Assembly: GCA_034520965.1 (NCBI GenBank)
Contig: JAXHMY010000008.1
Span: 1 to 64,000, forward strand
DNA from: Spirochaetia bacterium
GTDB lineage: Bacteria > Spirochaetota > Spirochaetia > DSM-16054 > Sediminispirochaetaceae
Direction: 5' to 3'
Length of the DNA: 64,000 nt
Shown here one piece after another: positions 1 through 10,966 of this stretch. A program made the translations under genes and the position numbers. The notes under the pieces were generated by a model. The model did not search any database. It was not told the origin of the DNA and saw only the letters and a program-made list of their open reading frames with translations. Positions within the stretch are counted from its first letter, which is position 1; each line of letters opens with the position of its first letter.

Positions 1-3
1 CTA

Positions 4-31
4 AAAAGAGTACACCCGGTGGGACTCTTTT
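4..31. terminator. Hairpin AAAAGAGT...ACTCTTTT, probable bidirectional intrinsic terminator; 3-26 recurs inverted at 19028-19051
   Basis: 8-bp inverted arms with A/T tracts; exact 24-bp inverted copy at 19028-19051. Confidence 0.5.
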
Positions 32-222
32 ATGCTGGACAACAGAGGTATGAGGGTTTAGTCTAAGGGTTATTCAGCCTTCTAGTATTATGTTATGTAG
101 CTATTTGGCGGTTTTATATGGTAAGGAATCAATGTTTATTGCTTCTGACTAATGATGAGCTATCATTAACCCTTTTCTGTCGATTATAAATATTAAGTTG
201 ACAAAATATTTGAGGAAAGTAA

Positions 223-1314
223 ATGGAAGAATTTAATAATGAAGACCATCTTTCAGCTGCTAAAACAGCTCATATGGCATTTAATAACTCAGAAATGCTT
301 TTAGCCGCAAAATCAGCTCAAATAGCATTTAATAACTCAGGCATGCATTCAGCTGCTAAAGCGGCACAAAAAACCTTTAATAATTCAGGTATGCTTTCAG
401 CTGCTAAAGCGGCACAAATGGCATATAATAACTCAGGCATGCATTCAGCTGCTAAAGCGGCACAAATGGCATATAATAACTCAGGCATGCATTCAGCTGC
501 TAAAGCAGCACAAATGGCCTTTAATAATTCAGGTATGCATTCAGCTGCTAAAGCAGCTAAAATACTTTTGACGAACTCAAATATGCTTTTAAGTGTAAAA
601 GCAGCTCAATTTGAAATTACAAATTCTATTGCTTTCAAAGCAATTACACAAATTAATAGCAATATTTACTATCTTAATATATATAAATCTGATTTTCATA
701 ATAAAATATATGATGATGAGCCAATAACAAAAACATTAATTGATATTGAAAATAAAATATTATTAAATTACAAAAATATAAACAATAGTAATATTGAAAA
801 TACTTTTAGAAACGCAAGTATTAAAGATAATAATATTTCGGAAGAAGCATTAATAAAACAATTAAATATAATCGAAAATAACTTGATTGAATCAATAGAA
901 AAAAGTAAGCCAAGTGTAATAAGTATCGAAGGATTTTTAGGAATTGTTTTAGCAATAGTGTTCTTTATATATTCTCAAATATCAACTACATCATCGATGG
1001 ATATGGTTGATACTCAATTTGATGAATTAGAAAAAAAGACAGACATTATTTTAGAATATCAGGAGAAAATAAACCAAAATATAATTGAGAGATTGTCGTC
1101 GAATGAAAATGAAGAATTGAGATTTATTGGTACACGTCCTACAAAAAGCAAAAGTAGACCTTCAAATAAATCTACTACTATAGCAATATTACCTCCTGGT
1201 TGTAGAGTCAAGGTAAAAGAACACAAAAATAAATGGATATTAGTAATATACTTTGATTATTTAGATGAAGTAATTTATCAGGGATGGATTTTGAAGAAAT
1301 ATAGTAAAAAATAA
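223..1314 (+). CDS. Cassette 1: protein with N-terminal 16-aa tandem repeats, one TM helix and a C-terminal SH3b-like domain
   Basis: Repeats (L/H)SAAKAAQMAxNNSGM; hydrophobic GFLGIVLAIVFFIYS; C-terminus RPSNKSTTIAILPPGCRVKV...W..V.Y...GWI is SH3b-like. Confidence 0.7.
   Translation: MEEFNNEDHLSAAKTAHMAFNNSEMLLAAKSAQIAFNNSGMHSAAKAAQKTFNNSGMLSAAKAAQMAYNNSGMHSAAKAAQMAYNNSGMHSAAKAAQMAFNNSGMHSAAKAAKILLTNSNMLLSVKAAQFEITNSIAFKAITQINSNIYYLNIYKSDFHNKIYDDEPITKTLIDIENKILLNYKNINNSNIENTFRNASIKDNNISEEALIKQLNIIENNLIESIEKSKPSVISIEGFLGIVLAIVFFIYSQISTTSSMDMVDTQFDELEKKTDIILEYQEKINQNIIERLSSNENEELRFIGTRPTKSKSRPSNKSTTIAILPPGCRVKVKEHKNKWILVIYFDYLDEVIYQGWILKKYSKK
250..633 (+). repeat. About 8 x 48-bp in-frame tandem repeat
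   Basis: Units such as ttcagctgctaaagcggcacaaatggcatataataactcaggcatgca recur every 48 nt. Confidence 0.9.
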
Positions 1315-1328
1315 TTGCTCAACATGCA

Positions 1329-1463
1329 ACTTAACAACCACTTGGAGTTGTCCTGACCGTAAATAGGTAAAAGTGCATGTTGATTTGAAAAACCGGGTGT
1401 ACACTGGTTACAGAATTTGAGTTATAGCGTAACAGCGCCAGGCAACTCAAGTGAACGTTATAT
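1329..1463 (+). other. attC: attC site 1 (135 bp, intact)
   Basis: R'' ACTTAAC, R' GTTATAT; CACTTG(G)AGTTG(T)CCTG pairs with CAGGCAACTCAAGTG leaving two extrahelical bases. Confidence 0.88.
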
Positions 1464-1507
1464 GGTATTAGTTGCCTAATAATTGATAAAGGGAAAACTC
1501 TAAAGAA

Positions 1508-2674
1508 ATGGGATCAGAAAGTAGACTAAAAGTTAACAACATAACAATCTCCTATAGTAAAAACTATTTAGATGACCACACTGCTTTATTTTATCCATCA
1601 GAAAAATGTCAAATAGAGTATGAATATGCTGATAAAAATATTGAACTACTACCTGGTTATAAAAAGAACCTAGAGTTAAGTAAAATAACAATGGATCTTC
1701 TAGGTTATGGAAGAGACAAGACAAAAGAAAGAGTGGAAAATATATTAAAACAAAACAATGAAATAATAGATTTTGATCAACTAATATTGCTTCTCAATAG
1801 AATAAATATTGATCGTACAATATATGATGAAACTGTAAATAGTTTCTTTACTTCTGATTTTGCAGAAAAAGTTGTAATAGAATATAATAAAATTTAATAG
1901 TTATATAAACAGCAATAACAAAAGATCTGAATTAGTGTTTGTCTTAGCTGAGATTTGATCCTTATGATATAATTAGTCTATTCGTAAATTATTACACTGA
2001 TATTAAAAAAGCATATCTAACATGGGAATACTATGATTTAGTACAAGGTGGATGGATTGAAGAAAAGCATATTGAAGAACTATTCCAAAACAGGGATAGA
2101 TTTCTAATAATTACAGAAGGTACAACAGATACATTTATAATAAAAGAATCAATGAACTACTTGATGCCAGATATTGCAAATTTATATGAAATTCATAGAT
2201 ATGTCAGAAAACTATCCCTTTACAGGTGTAGGGAATATGCTAAATTTTTACAACGGTTTGCTAAAAATCAAACCAAACAGAAAGATATTATTTATATTTG
2301 ATAACGATACTGCAGGCAATGAGGCTTATGACAAATGTGTTATGACAAAACAAAAGAATATTAAAGCAATAAAGTTACCTGTAATGGAAGAGTTCAATCA
2401 GATACAATGTGAGGGGCCATATGGTATTATTTCGGATAATATTAATGGAAAAGCAGTCTCAATAGAGTTATTCTTAGATTTAGAATTTAGAAAGAAAGAA
2501 AAGCCTATGGTTCTTTGGCTTTCATTTAATAAGAGAAGCAAAAAATATCAAGGTGAATTAATCAAAAAGGAATCCTATATAAAATTTTTCAAAACTGCGA
2601 TAAGAAATAATGATAAGAATTATAATTACAAGAAACTGAGAGAATTATTAGAATACATCATCAGAAGAGACTAA
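1508..2674 (+). CDS. Cassette 2: HEPN/Toprim-associated N-terminal domain plus Toprim domain (frameshifted)
   Basis: N-terminus MGSESRL...SKNY..DHTALF; Toprim motifs IITEGTTD (~2110) and FIFDNDTAG; split over ORFs 1508-1897 and 2174-2674. Confidence 0.7.
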
Positions 2675-2684
2675 AGAAATTGCC

Positions 2685-2819
2685 ATATAACAACCGCTTG
2701 GAGTTGACTTGGCGGTAAATATGTAAAAGTGTTTGTTGATTTGGATAACTGGGGTTAAAATGGTTAAAGAGAATGTTCTATGGCGTAACGGCGCCAGGCA
2801 ACTCAAGTGAACGTTATAT
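2685..2819 (+). other. attC: attC site 2 (135 bp, intact, same family as attC 1)
   Basis: CATATAAC...GTTATATG perfect R''/R' pair; GCTTG(G)AGTTG(A)CTTGGCG pairs with CGCCAGGCAACTCAAGT; colinear with attC 1. Confidence 0.9.
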
Positions 2820-2867
2820 GGATACTAAAATTATTAAATATGTGTTTTAGACAGGAAGAGATTTTAA

Positions 2868-3849
2868 ATGGCTGAAGAATTAACTTCGTTACAATTACAT
2901 TGTTTCATCGCATCTGCATTTGGATATTCCGATATTGATCAAATTTATGATAATGGGATAACTAAAGCACTATCAAACTTAAATATAATACCTCATAGAG
3001 TTGATAGAGAAAACCACAACGACGACATTGATGACAAAATTATTGAATTGCTAAATACATGTGATATTTGTATTGCTGATTTAACATATTCTCGACCTTC
3101 AGTTTATTATGAAGCAGGATATTTTAAGGGGTTAGGCAAACAAGTTATTTTTACTGTTAGAAGAATCCGTTAAACCAAATCCTGATGATAATTATGGGAA
3201 TTTTCGGGTACATTTCAGACTCTTCAGATGAAAAATATAATTTCATGGAATGGTGAATCACATTTATATAATTTTATTGCTCAAGTAGAAGAAAGATTGA
3301 AATTAATTGCAGAACCTTTGCTTGTTAGACATAATAATGAAAATCAGAGACTAAGAAAAAAACAGAACAATTTGGAAAACTATCTCCTGAAGAAAGAAAA
3401 AATGCAATCTATAAAATTGCTAAAAGTACGTTCGAAAAAGATGGTAAAATATTAGTACCACATGTTTCCGGATATTTACAGCCTAGAGGTTATTTGGCTG
3501 TTAAACATAAGAACAAATTAACTACATTTTTTATTACTCAATCCGCTACAAAGGCCTTTTTAAAATATATTTCTGGAGAAAGAATTCTTGAACAAAATGC
3601 TAACAGCATCAATGATAGAGATACATTACACATAATTATTATTAGTTTAAGAAATGTTCCTATTTTCAAGAATGAGAGGATTTATATTCAAATTACCGAA
3701 TAGTAAATGATCAAATAATCAGTCTCTTCTCAGCTTCAAAAATAGAAGTCTACAATAAAAAAGAAGTAGATTCATATATACATATTTTGTCTGGGCTATA
3801 TAATCTTGATGAGTATGAAACTAGATTGAAAATGATCTTTGATATTTGA
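2868..3849 (+). CDS. Cassette 3: nucleoside 2-deoxyribosyltransferase/TIR-like N-terminal domain protein (frameshifted)
   Basis: CFIASAF...RVD...IDDKI...CIADLTYSRPSVYYEAGY...LGKQVIF signature; continues through ORFs 3228-3455 and 3494-3703. Confidence 0.7.
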
Positions 3850-3869
3850 AACCTACAATATATCAGTGA

Positions 3870-4011
3870 TGCTAGCGACCACTTTGAAGTTGACCTGGCG
3901 GTGAATATGGCAAAGCGATTGTTGAATTGGGGAACTGGGGTTACAATGGCTAAAGTGAGTGGGCTAAATCAAAAAATTGCAAGCTCAACAAAAAAAGATG
4001 TTTAGTTATGG
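3870..4011 (+). other. attC: Degenerate attC site 3
   Basis: 5' part ACCACTTTGAAGTTGACCTGGCGGTGAATATG...AACTGGGGTTACAATGG is homologous to attC 1/2; R'' mutated and 3' arm decayed. Confidence 0.65.
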
Positions 4012-4021
4012 TTAAGACAGT

Positions 4022-5061
4022 ATGTATAGGACCCATCTAATAATTTCAAATGGAACAATCGAGAAACTCGAGCGACTTGATACATCGATTGCCTTATGGG
4101 TTCAAATTTAAAGCGACCCTTCTTCACAATACTATGAAAGAAAAGGTTTTTCTGGACGTAGTCAAATTATAAGGCGGCATGACAATATCAGTGAAACAGA
4201 AACTAGAAATCCACTGGATATCCCACAGAAAGAAATATTAGTTAACCCGTCAATGAAATAGAAGCTAAGAATTTCCAATCTATTATACTCGGTATAAAAG
4301 TACTTTTAAGAAGCGAAATTGATCCATACGAAATTCCAGGTGAAGTTTGCAAGTATCCAGATAGTTTTGATAGAAATCTGTCTCGGGAATCCCTTCATTC
4401 GCTAGTAGATACAAATTTCTTGAACGATCCGAACTGATATTTAGAATATTGGAGAAGTTGCGAAGAAGATCAGAAAATCGGTTCATGCTGCAGAAAAATA
4501 TAGACTTAGCATCAGAGCTATCATCATGTTCTATCTTTTCTCTTTCGCCGAGATATGGCAATGTTTTAGCTCAGGATGAGTATTCAACGCGTTACTATGT
4601 ATCTGGTGCTTTCGCGATAAATTGTGCTTACAGTGTTGTTGAAGAATTGGAACTATTTATAAAAAGTAGCAGTTCTAAACCAAGAATTTATCCTTAAATA
4701 AAGAAACAGGCGAGTGGAATCCTGAAGTATTGAAAGATATGGAAACAAGATTAAAGCAAATTGGTATAAATAATAATGAAAAAATTGATTGGTTAATACG
4801 AGGGCGTTACCATCAGAACTTGAATCGAATACTTAAAACCAAAATTCGACGAGGTATCTTGGAGTTCAATTAAGGAAGTGAATGATATTCGCACTATCCT
4901 TTCCAGAGGCTATTCATTATGCTTCCTATCTAAGAAATTTCGTCACGGCCCATAGATTAAGAAATCTCTCATGTAAACTTTCCCCGTATCTAATATTTAA
5001 TGTACAGTTCCTTGCAAGAAAATTGATATTAGAGAAAATTGGAATGTGGGACAAGCTGTGA
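4022..5061 (+). pseudogene. Cassette 4: hypothetical protein, multiply frameshifted
   Basis: Coding-like fragments (e.g. ORF 4449-4697) fill the interval between attC 3 and attC 4. Confidence 0.45.
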
Positions 5062-5071
5062 TAGTGAAGGC

Positions 5072-5193
5072 ATATAAAAGACTTGGCGCTGTAGGGTAGT
5101 TAAGTGTTTGTGTTATTGAAAAAGGGGAGTTACAATTGAATAAGAGCTTCTTTGTTTCCAAAACACGACAGGCAACTATAGTGAATGTTGTAC
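5072..5193 (+). other. attC: Degenerate attC site 4 (L'' arm deleted)
   Basis: CATATAAAAGACTTGGCG equals attC 2 minus about 13 bp; 3' end CAGGCAACTATAGTGAATGTTGTAC retained. Confidence 0.7.
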
Positions 5194-5293
5194 GGTAAAG
5201 ATATTGTGCCCGTGTTTAGAATATCCGGAAAAATGACACTTGTTAATTTTCAATGAGAACGGAAAACTTGATAATGATTGAGGAGTTTAACCA

Positions 5294-7144
5294 ATGAAAT
5301 TGACGCACTTCAAAGTGACTAAATACCGAAATGTCTGGGATTCTGGCTGGATTGATATTGGTGATATCGCCGCATTCGTTGGCCAAAACGAGTCCGGAAA
5401 GAGTAACCTTTTCGAGGCCATCTGCCGAATCAAGCCCTTCGCACCAAACGAAAACTACAACATCGACGAGGGTTTGGCCGTGCGAATGACTGGGGTAACA
5501 AGGATCCATCTACAATGGTTTGCCAGGCGAAATCCGCCCTTACACAGGCAGAGATAAAATCACTCTATGAAGAAGCGAAACACCCGGAGCCGGATCCGGC
5601 ACAAGTAAGTGAAAAAATGACTGAGAGAGGTGAAGTAGAGGAGGAAGGCGTTGGTGACGAACAGCCGGAAGAGCTTACACTGATAGGTTCGCGCTCCTAC
5701 AACGCTGAGCCGGGATCCGCAGGGTGGAGGCGGAACATTCCGTGGATTTCATTGAGGCAGAGGTCGATGTTTTGAGGACAAAAACGAAGGCGCCCAAATT
5801 CGTGTTAATTCAGGATTACGGTCTCAGCGGTACACAGATCGAGCTGAACCAGCTCGCCGAGCGCCTAAAGAGCGTCAATTGGCACCAACTCAAGAATGAA
5901 GAGCAAACTATCAAGATCGTTCTTGATCTTGCCAAGATCGATATTGACGAGTTTATCAAGAAGGGCGCAACAGCTGAAGGTCGCACTGTTACGCTCCTTC
6001 GACAAGAGGGCGGCATCCTATTACCTCAGCAAGCAGTTTCGCGATCTCTGGACGCAAAGAGAGGGTTTGATTACGACATTGAGATTGACGGGACTACCCT
6101 TAACATCTTTGCGGAAGAGGAAGATGTGGGTATGCCGGTGCGGGTCGACCCGGCGACCTATGGTCGGTTTTCGGTGGCATGTATCCTTTATGCTGGCAAA
6201 ATTACGCACGCAAGCCAGGGCCAGTACAAAGACTGTATCCTGCTGCTTGAAGAGCCCGGCATTCATTTGCATTATTCAGGGCAGCGTGATCTACTCGAAG
6301 TTTTTCAGCGGCTCTCAAAATACAACACGATTCTTTACACCACCCATCTTGCCTCGATGGTTGATCCAGCGTATCCCGAGCGCGTGCGCATTGTCGAGAC
6401 CAAGGACAACCACGCTACCTTAAAAAAGGGAGTTGTGAGCAGTCAGCGTGCGCCTATGGCCGTGATCGAACTTGCTCTCGGGCTGACCGGTGATATGAGT
6501 GGTCTGCTTGGTACACGCCAGACTCTGATCGTCGAAGGTGGTGACGATGCTCTTATCCTACACAAGCTTTCCGGAATTCTACGAGAGGACGGAAAAGCAC
6601 ATTTGTCGGACCGTATCTATCTCTGGCCCGCTCGCGGTGCACAAAAGACGCCTATGTACGCGGACTTTGCTGCTTGGCATAAGGCTGGGACTCTGGAGTT
6701 CTCCTTGATACTGACGCCGAAGGCCAATCCGCAAAAAAGAAAATTGATGAACTAATTCTCAAGGAACAGGCTGACGAACAGAAGGCACAATTCCGTGTGC
6801 TCATGTTAGGTAATGCAGCCAACATTAAAAAGACAGATGCCGCCATCGAGGATTTGTTCGATGATCAGTTCTATATAGAATGTGTGAATGCCGCCTTCGG
6901 TATTGCCATAAAGGAGACTGACCTACCAGAGGACGGCTCCGATATGATCACAAAGCGTGTGGATACAGTCATGAGGGAGCGATATGGTCATAAAGAACTT
7001 AAAAAGCGACGTGTAATGGAAGAGATCCTGAGGCGATTCGATAATTGGGAAAAAGTCTCGGACATCCCGGGGGGTACCGTCGCCAAGACCGAGAATCTCT
7101 TCAATGCAATCAACAGAGCCTTCGAATCTGAAGCAGAGAGTTGA
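5294..7144 (+). CDS. Cassette 5: OLD-like ATP-dependent nuclease (ABC ATPase plus Toprim), frameshifted
   Basis: Walker A VGQNESGKS; LLLEEPGIHLH; YTTHLASMVD; Toprim LIVEGGDD; AIEDLF; ORFs 5294-5557, 5515-5775, 5724-6755, 6797-7144. Confidence 0.8.
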
Positions 7145-7175
7145 TGTAAATGATGAAAGTGTTCTTTCCGCAAGC

Positions 7176-7236
7176 ACTACCGAACAATAGCATGTAGAGG
7201 ACGATACAAAATGCCTACGCTAATATTGTGCGTAGT
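7176..7236 (+). other. attC: Short degenerate attC-like hairpin (different type)
   Basis: ACCGAAC-AATAGCATGTAG...CTACGCTAAT-ATTGTGC imperfect hairpin directly after the OLD gene; R' reads ATT instead of GTT. Confidence 0.45.
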
Positions 7237-7487
7237 ATAAACCATTGTGAATTGGCATGCCTTCGATGGATGGAACAATTAGGAGGTTTGTACAATTGCT
7301 ATTCAATTTTCAGGCCCTTGATCCAACATTCGATTATATCTAAGAATAGATCATAGCAATTTACAGTTCTATTAGATGGAAAGAGCTGTTAGAAGCAAGG
7401 TTCAAGATAATGCGCTTAGAACGTCTAACACAATAGAATCGCAACTGGTTCAAGTTGTATAACATCTATAACAATTGGAGTTAAACA

Positions 7488-8027
7488 ATGGCCAAAGATG
7501 CAAATTGGGAATCGCTCATTGGATTAGTATCTGAGTTGAAAAAATGTGATGAAATAGGATTGATAACTGCCTCTGTGGCTATGGCATTTATCTGTATAGA
7601 TACATTCTCTAATCTTACTCGCCCAATCGATAAATCAAGAGGAACTCGTCACAGACTTTATTAAATGGGTAGACCTATATCTAAAGGCACATCCTGACCA
7701 ACCTTATAATTATAGGGGAAAAGATGTATATGCCGCACGTTGTGCCTTTTTACATGCTTATGGCTCAGAGGCCCAATTGCATGAAGAGGATACAACAATA
7801 ATAAAATTTGGATATCATAATGGAGGAAGACATGAATATAACGTTGACATAGATCCAACAATAGCATTAATTGGAACAAGGTCGTTTATTAACGATGTTG
7901 TGAATGCTTGTAGATCTTTTTAGGAGCGTGTAAAGACGATTCATCACTACGAAAGCGGGTAGAGTTACGATTACAAAACATCCTTCAAACATTTCCACTC
8001 AATAAATCTATAGATGGTGATCATTAG
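7488..8027 (+). CDS. Small HEPN-like protein (frameshifted)
   Basis: ATG 7488 with GGAG RBS; reads AFICIDTFSNL...KWVDLYL...VYAARCAFLHAY, containing an Rx4H motif. Confidence 0.55.
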
Positions 8028-8132
8028 GTGTCGAAAAGGAATCGTACACTATACCTATTCTTTTAGCCTGGATATGAGAATTATTGGATAGTAAGATAAT
8101 TGTACTATACTAATTTATGGTGAGATACAGAA

Positions 8133-9026
8133 GTGAATATAATAGATGAAGCAATAAGTATTCTAAAGGACGCTGAACACAACGAAGATTCTTATTTGCA
8201 AAAAAAGTTAAACATCCTTAATGAAAGGTAAAAAGCTACACGATAGTATAGGTTCACTTAAGAGATACAGAAATGAAACGACTTCTGAGATCAAGAGAAC
8301 TAGAAATATGAAATTTCAGCAATTTCTTTTCTTAATTGAATATTGGGAAGAGTTGAGAGATTTTATTGGTGAAAATTGGAAAGTTGATGAAAAGAAATCT
8401 AAGGTTCAATATCGAATAAATAGCACAACAAAACTGTATAATAAATCAGATTCAAATTTGTTTAGATGAATTAGCACTATTTGAAAAAGGTCGGTTTACT
8501 ATCAACCTTCATAATATGGCGAACTCTATACGAAAATTATGTTTTAATCCTTTTTCTGCTAAAAAGTGAAGAAATAATATCAAAGCAATTCAACGAACAT
8601 ACTAATAATGAAAAAAACAACATATTAGGTCTACAAAATAGTGATGATAGACCAAAATTTAATCAGTACGGATGGACATATGTCAATGATGGGGAAAAGT
8701 TTAATAGCTTCAGTGATATAAGAAAATTTGTTGAAGAGACAGATTATGTTCAATGGTATAAACTAACATCACAACTGCTACATCCTTCTTCTTTCTCTGT
8801 CAACAATCCAATTATCAGAGAGGGAGGTTTGTCGAATACAGATATGATAGGCATTTATAAAGAAGGATTGGAAATACCATTTAATTTAACGATCACAATT
8901 ATGGAAGAGAAGACAGAGGCTCTAATTGATTTTTTTATAGATGGAGACTTAAAGAGAGTAATACTTCTGGTTAATAAAATGCTTCATGAGAGTATTATGT
9001 TTCCAAATGAAAGAAAGAGCGAATGA
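8133..9026 (+). CDS. DUF5677-like (HEPN-related) protein, frameshifted
   Basis: WRTLYEN...YGW...WYKLTSQLLHPSS pattern; ORFs 8221-8469 and 8481-9026. Confidence 0.55.
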
Positions 9027-9119
9027 TTTACTCTCTCAATATAGTTGTTATGGTGATATAGAGATCGTAACTGGACAACTCTCAGATCATGCCTTATCCT
9101 AAAATGAGGAGAAAGTAGT

Positions 9120-9268
9120 ATGAATGAAGAGAAGTTAAAGCCATATGTTGATGAGTATAAGAAAGTCATATCTGAAGGTAACACTGACGAAAGGTACAAA
9201 TTGGAGGCTCTAAAGAACTTTCAAGATAATTGGAATATAGAGGCTGACGATTTTAAGAGGATGTTTGA
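9120..9268 (+). pseudogene. mcrB: mcrB 5' fragment (interrupted by transposon)
   Basis: Removing 9269-15924 joins ...FKRMFD to RSLQAESDNLWASMQYYP in frame with ORF 15965. Confidence 0.85.
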
Positions 9269-9463
9269 TGTTCCCCGCCAGGAGAAGTTTCCGATTTTAA
9301 GCTAAACTTGCCGATACTCATTTCCGTAGGCTGACAGAAAGTTTTTCTCCCTCGTCTGACCTGAAAGAAAAAAGAGGGCACCCCCTGTTGGCAGCAGGTT
9401 AACGGGTGCCCGGAACTGTGATTAGGCACAGTCATCTATAGTGTAACTTCATTCGTACAATAT

Positions 9464-10099
9464 TTGCAACTCCTCTACCGGACCGAACCGTGTCCTTTAT
9501 GCGGAGAAGTGCATCCGCTGGTGATTCACAGTTATCCCTCCCGCAGTTACCGTGACCCAGAGAGCCAGGAAGATGTGTGGATCAAAATCCCTGTTCGCTA
9601 CTGTGGCGAGGCAAAAGCTCTCGGCCGGCAGTACACCAAGCGGCTTCTTCCCGACTTTCTCATTCCCTTTGCCCGGATGCGGCTTGATACGGTGATAGAG
9701 GCGGGCCGTAGCAAAGAGAGCGGAAGCAGTCTCGAGGAGTGTTGCCGGATACTCGGCTGCATAGATCTGCGTACTGCGCGGATGCACCTGAGGAGGCTCG
9801 AAGAGGCGGTAAAAACGGCGGCCCTGACTTTGGCCGAGAGGCAAGCTGCGACGGTACACCTTCATGAACCGGGCTACCACCCCCGTCCGCTCGCCCCTCT
9901 CAGACGGCTGGAAGAGCTGCTGGCCCGGCAGGAAGCAGCGCATCTGAGAGCCGGCGGCGGTAGGAGCCGGTCTCCAACCCTGCGGACATTTCTGCAGGCG
10001 GTACTGTGGAAAAACCGGGGGAAAGTTTTAATGAGTTATGCCTCACGCCCTCCACCCGACTCGTGCTACACCTCCTTCAACAGCTTTCAGGAGGAGTGA
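9464..10099 (+). CDS. DUF6431-like zinc-finger accessory protein of the transposon (start uncertain)
   Basis: PCPLCG...IHSYPSRSY...RYC...LLPDFLIPF. Confidence 0.65.
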   Translation: MQLLYRTEPCPLCGEVHPLVIHSYPSRSYRDPESQEDVWIKIPVRYCGEAKALGRQYTKRLLPDFLIPFARMRLDTVIEAGRSKESGSSLEECCRILGCIDLRTARMHLRRLEEAVKTAALTLAERQAATVHLHEPGYHPRPLAPLRRLEELLARQEAAHLRAGGGRSRSPTLRTFLQAVLWKNRGKVLMSYASRPPPDSCYTSFNSFQEE

Positions 10100-10101
10100 A
10101 A

Positions 10102-10809
10102 ATGGAAAAGACCGATTGGAGAGACATCGATGAAAAACACCTTGAGGCCTACCGGCGCAGAGTGGCGCTGATCGAAACCTTACTCGATGAGAGCATCGAC
10201 GAGGCGGACCGGCATCAGGAGAGACGCAGGTACATCGAAGAGCACGGGGTAAGCGAGAGGACGATCCGTAACTACCTTCGCCGCTACCGGGAGCAGGGAG
10301 CCGAGGCTCTGCTGTTCCACAAACCGAAAGGCCCTTCTTCGCCACGTATACACGAGAGGCAATTGCGAGAGAAGATCCTTGAGCTGATCGAACAGCGGCC
10401 GAGCAGGACCGTTCCGCAGCTTCGCAGGCTCCTGAGCGCCGACAGCGAGCTGGCCGAGGCGGTGGGACAGGTCTCCGACAGGAGCATCTACCGATTCCTT
10501 GCAGAGGCCGGCCTTACCCAGAAAGCCCGCAGGGAGAAGAGCCTCGGGGCGGGAAAGAGGAGCTACCACAAGTTCGAGGCCTCCTGCTCGATGGAGTTGG
10601 TGCAGGGGGACGCCAGGGACGGCATCTGGCTGCCGAAGGCCCCCGGCGATGAGCAGGTGCGAAAGACCTACCTCTTTGCCTGGGTCGATGATTACTCGAG
10701 GAGGATTCTCCACGCCGAGTACTTCTGGGACGAGAAGCTCCCAAGGATGGAGAAGACCTTTAAGACGATGGTCCTACGGTGGGGAATTCCGAAAAAGTGT
10801 TACCTCGAT
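10102..10809 (+). pseudogene. DDE transposase, N-terminal part (HTH plus integrase core), interrupted by RIT
   Basis: GVSERTIRNYL HTH; LVQGD; WVDDYSR; ends KCYLD; GGAG RBS. Confidence 0.88.
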
Positions 10810-10966
10810 TATGCCGAAGAAAGCGTAATGCCGAAAGCGATGTGCTTCTACTTTCTTTGAAACGAAATAGCCGCAAAAACTTCGGCATAATGTTTTTCCC
10901 TGATTGAGACCCTTCTATAATGTTAGCTGGACATACCGTCCACATACATTCAAGGAGGACAATCAG

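Larger units (their letters stand above)
92..7236 (+). mobile_element. Integron-type gene cassette array (about 5 cassettes; no intI within window)
   Basis: Single co-oriented ORFs each followed by attC-like elements. Cassette starts nearly complement their own R'' sites: GTTATGTAGC(92)/GCAACTTAAC(1326), GTTATATGGTA(1457)/TGCCATATAAC(2681), GTTGTACGGT(5187)/ACCGAACAAT(7179). Confidence 0.85.

Noticed and set aside
250..633. 48-bp repeats as a CRISPR array
   Set aside because: Contiguous in-frame units with no unique spacers and no cas genes nearby.
7423..7486. GTCTAAC...GTTAAAC as a further attC
   Set aside because: The R boxes fit, but the L arms do not pair and the R' overlaps the RBS of the next gene.
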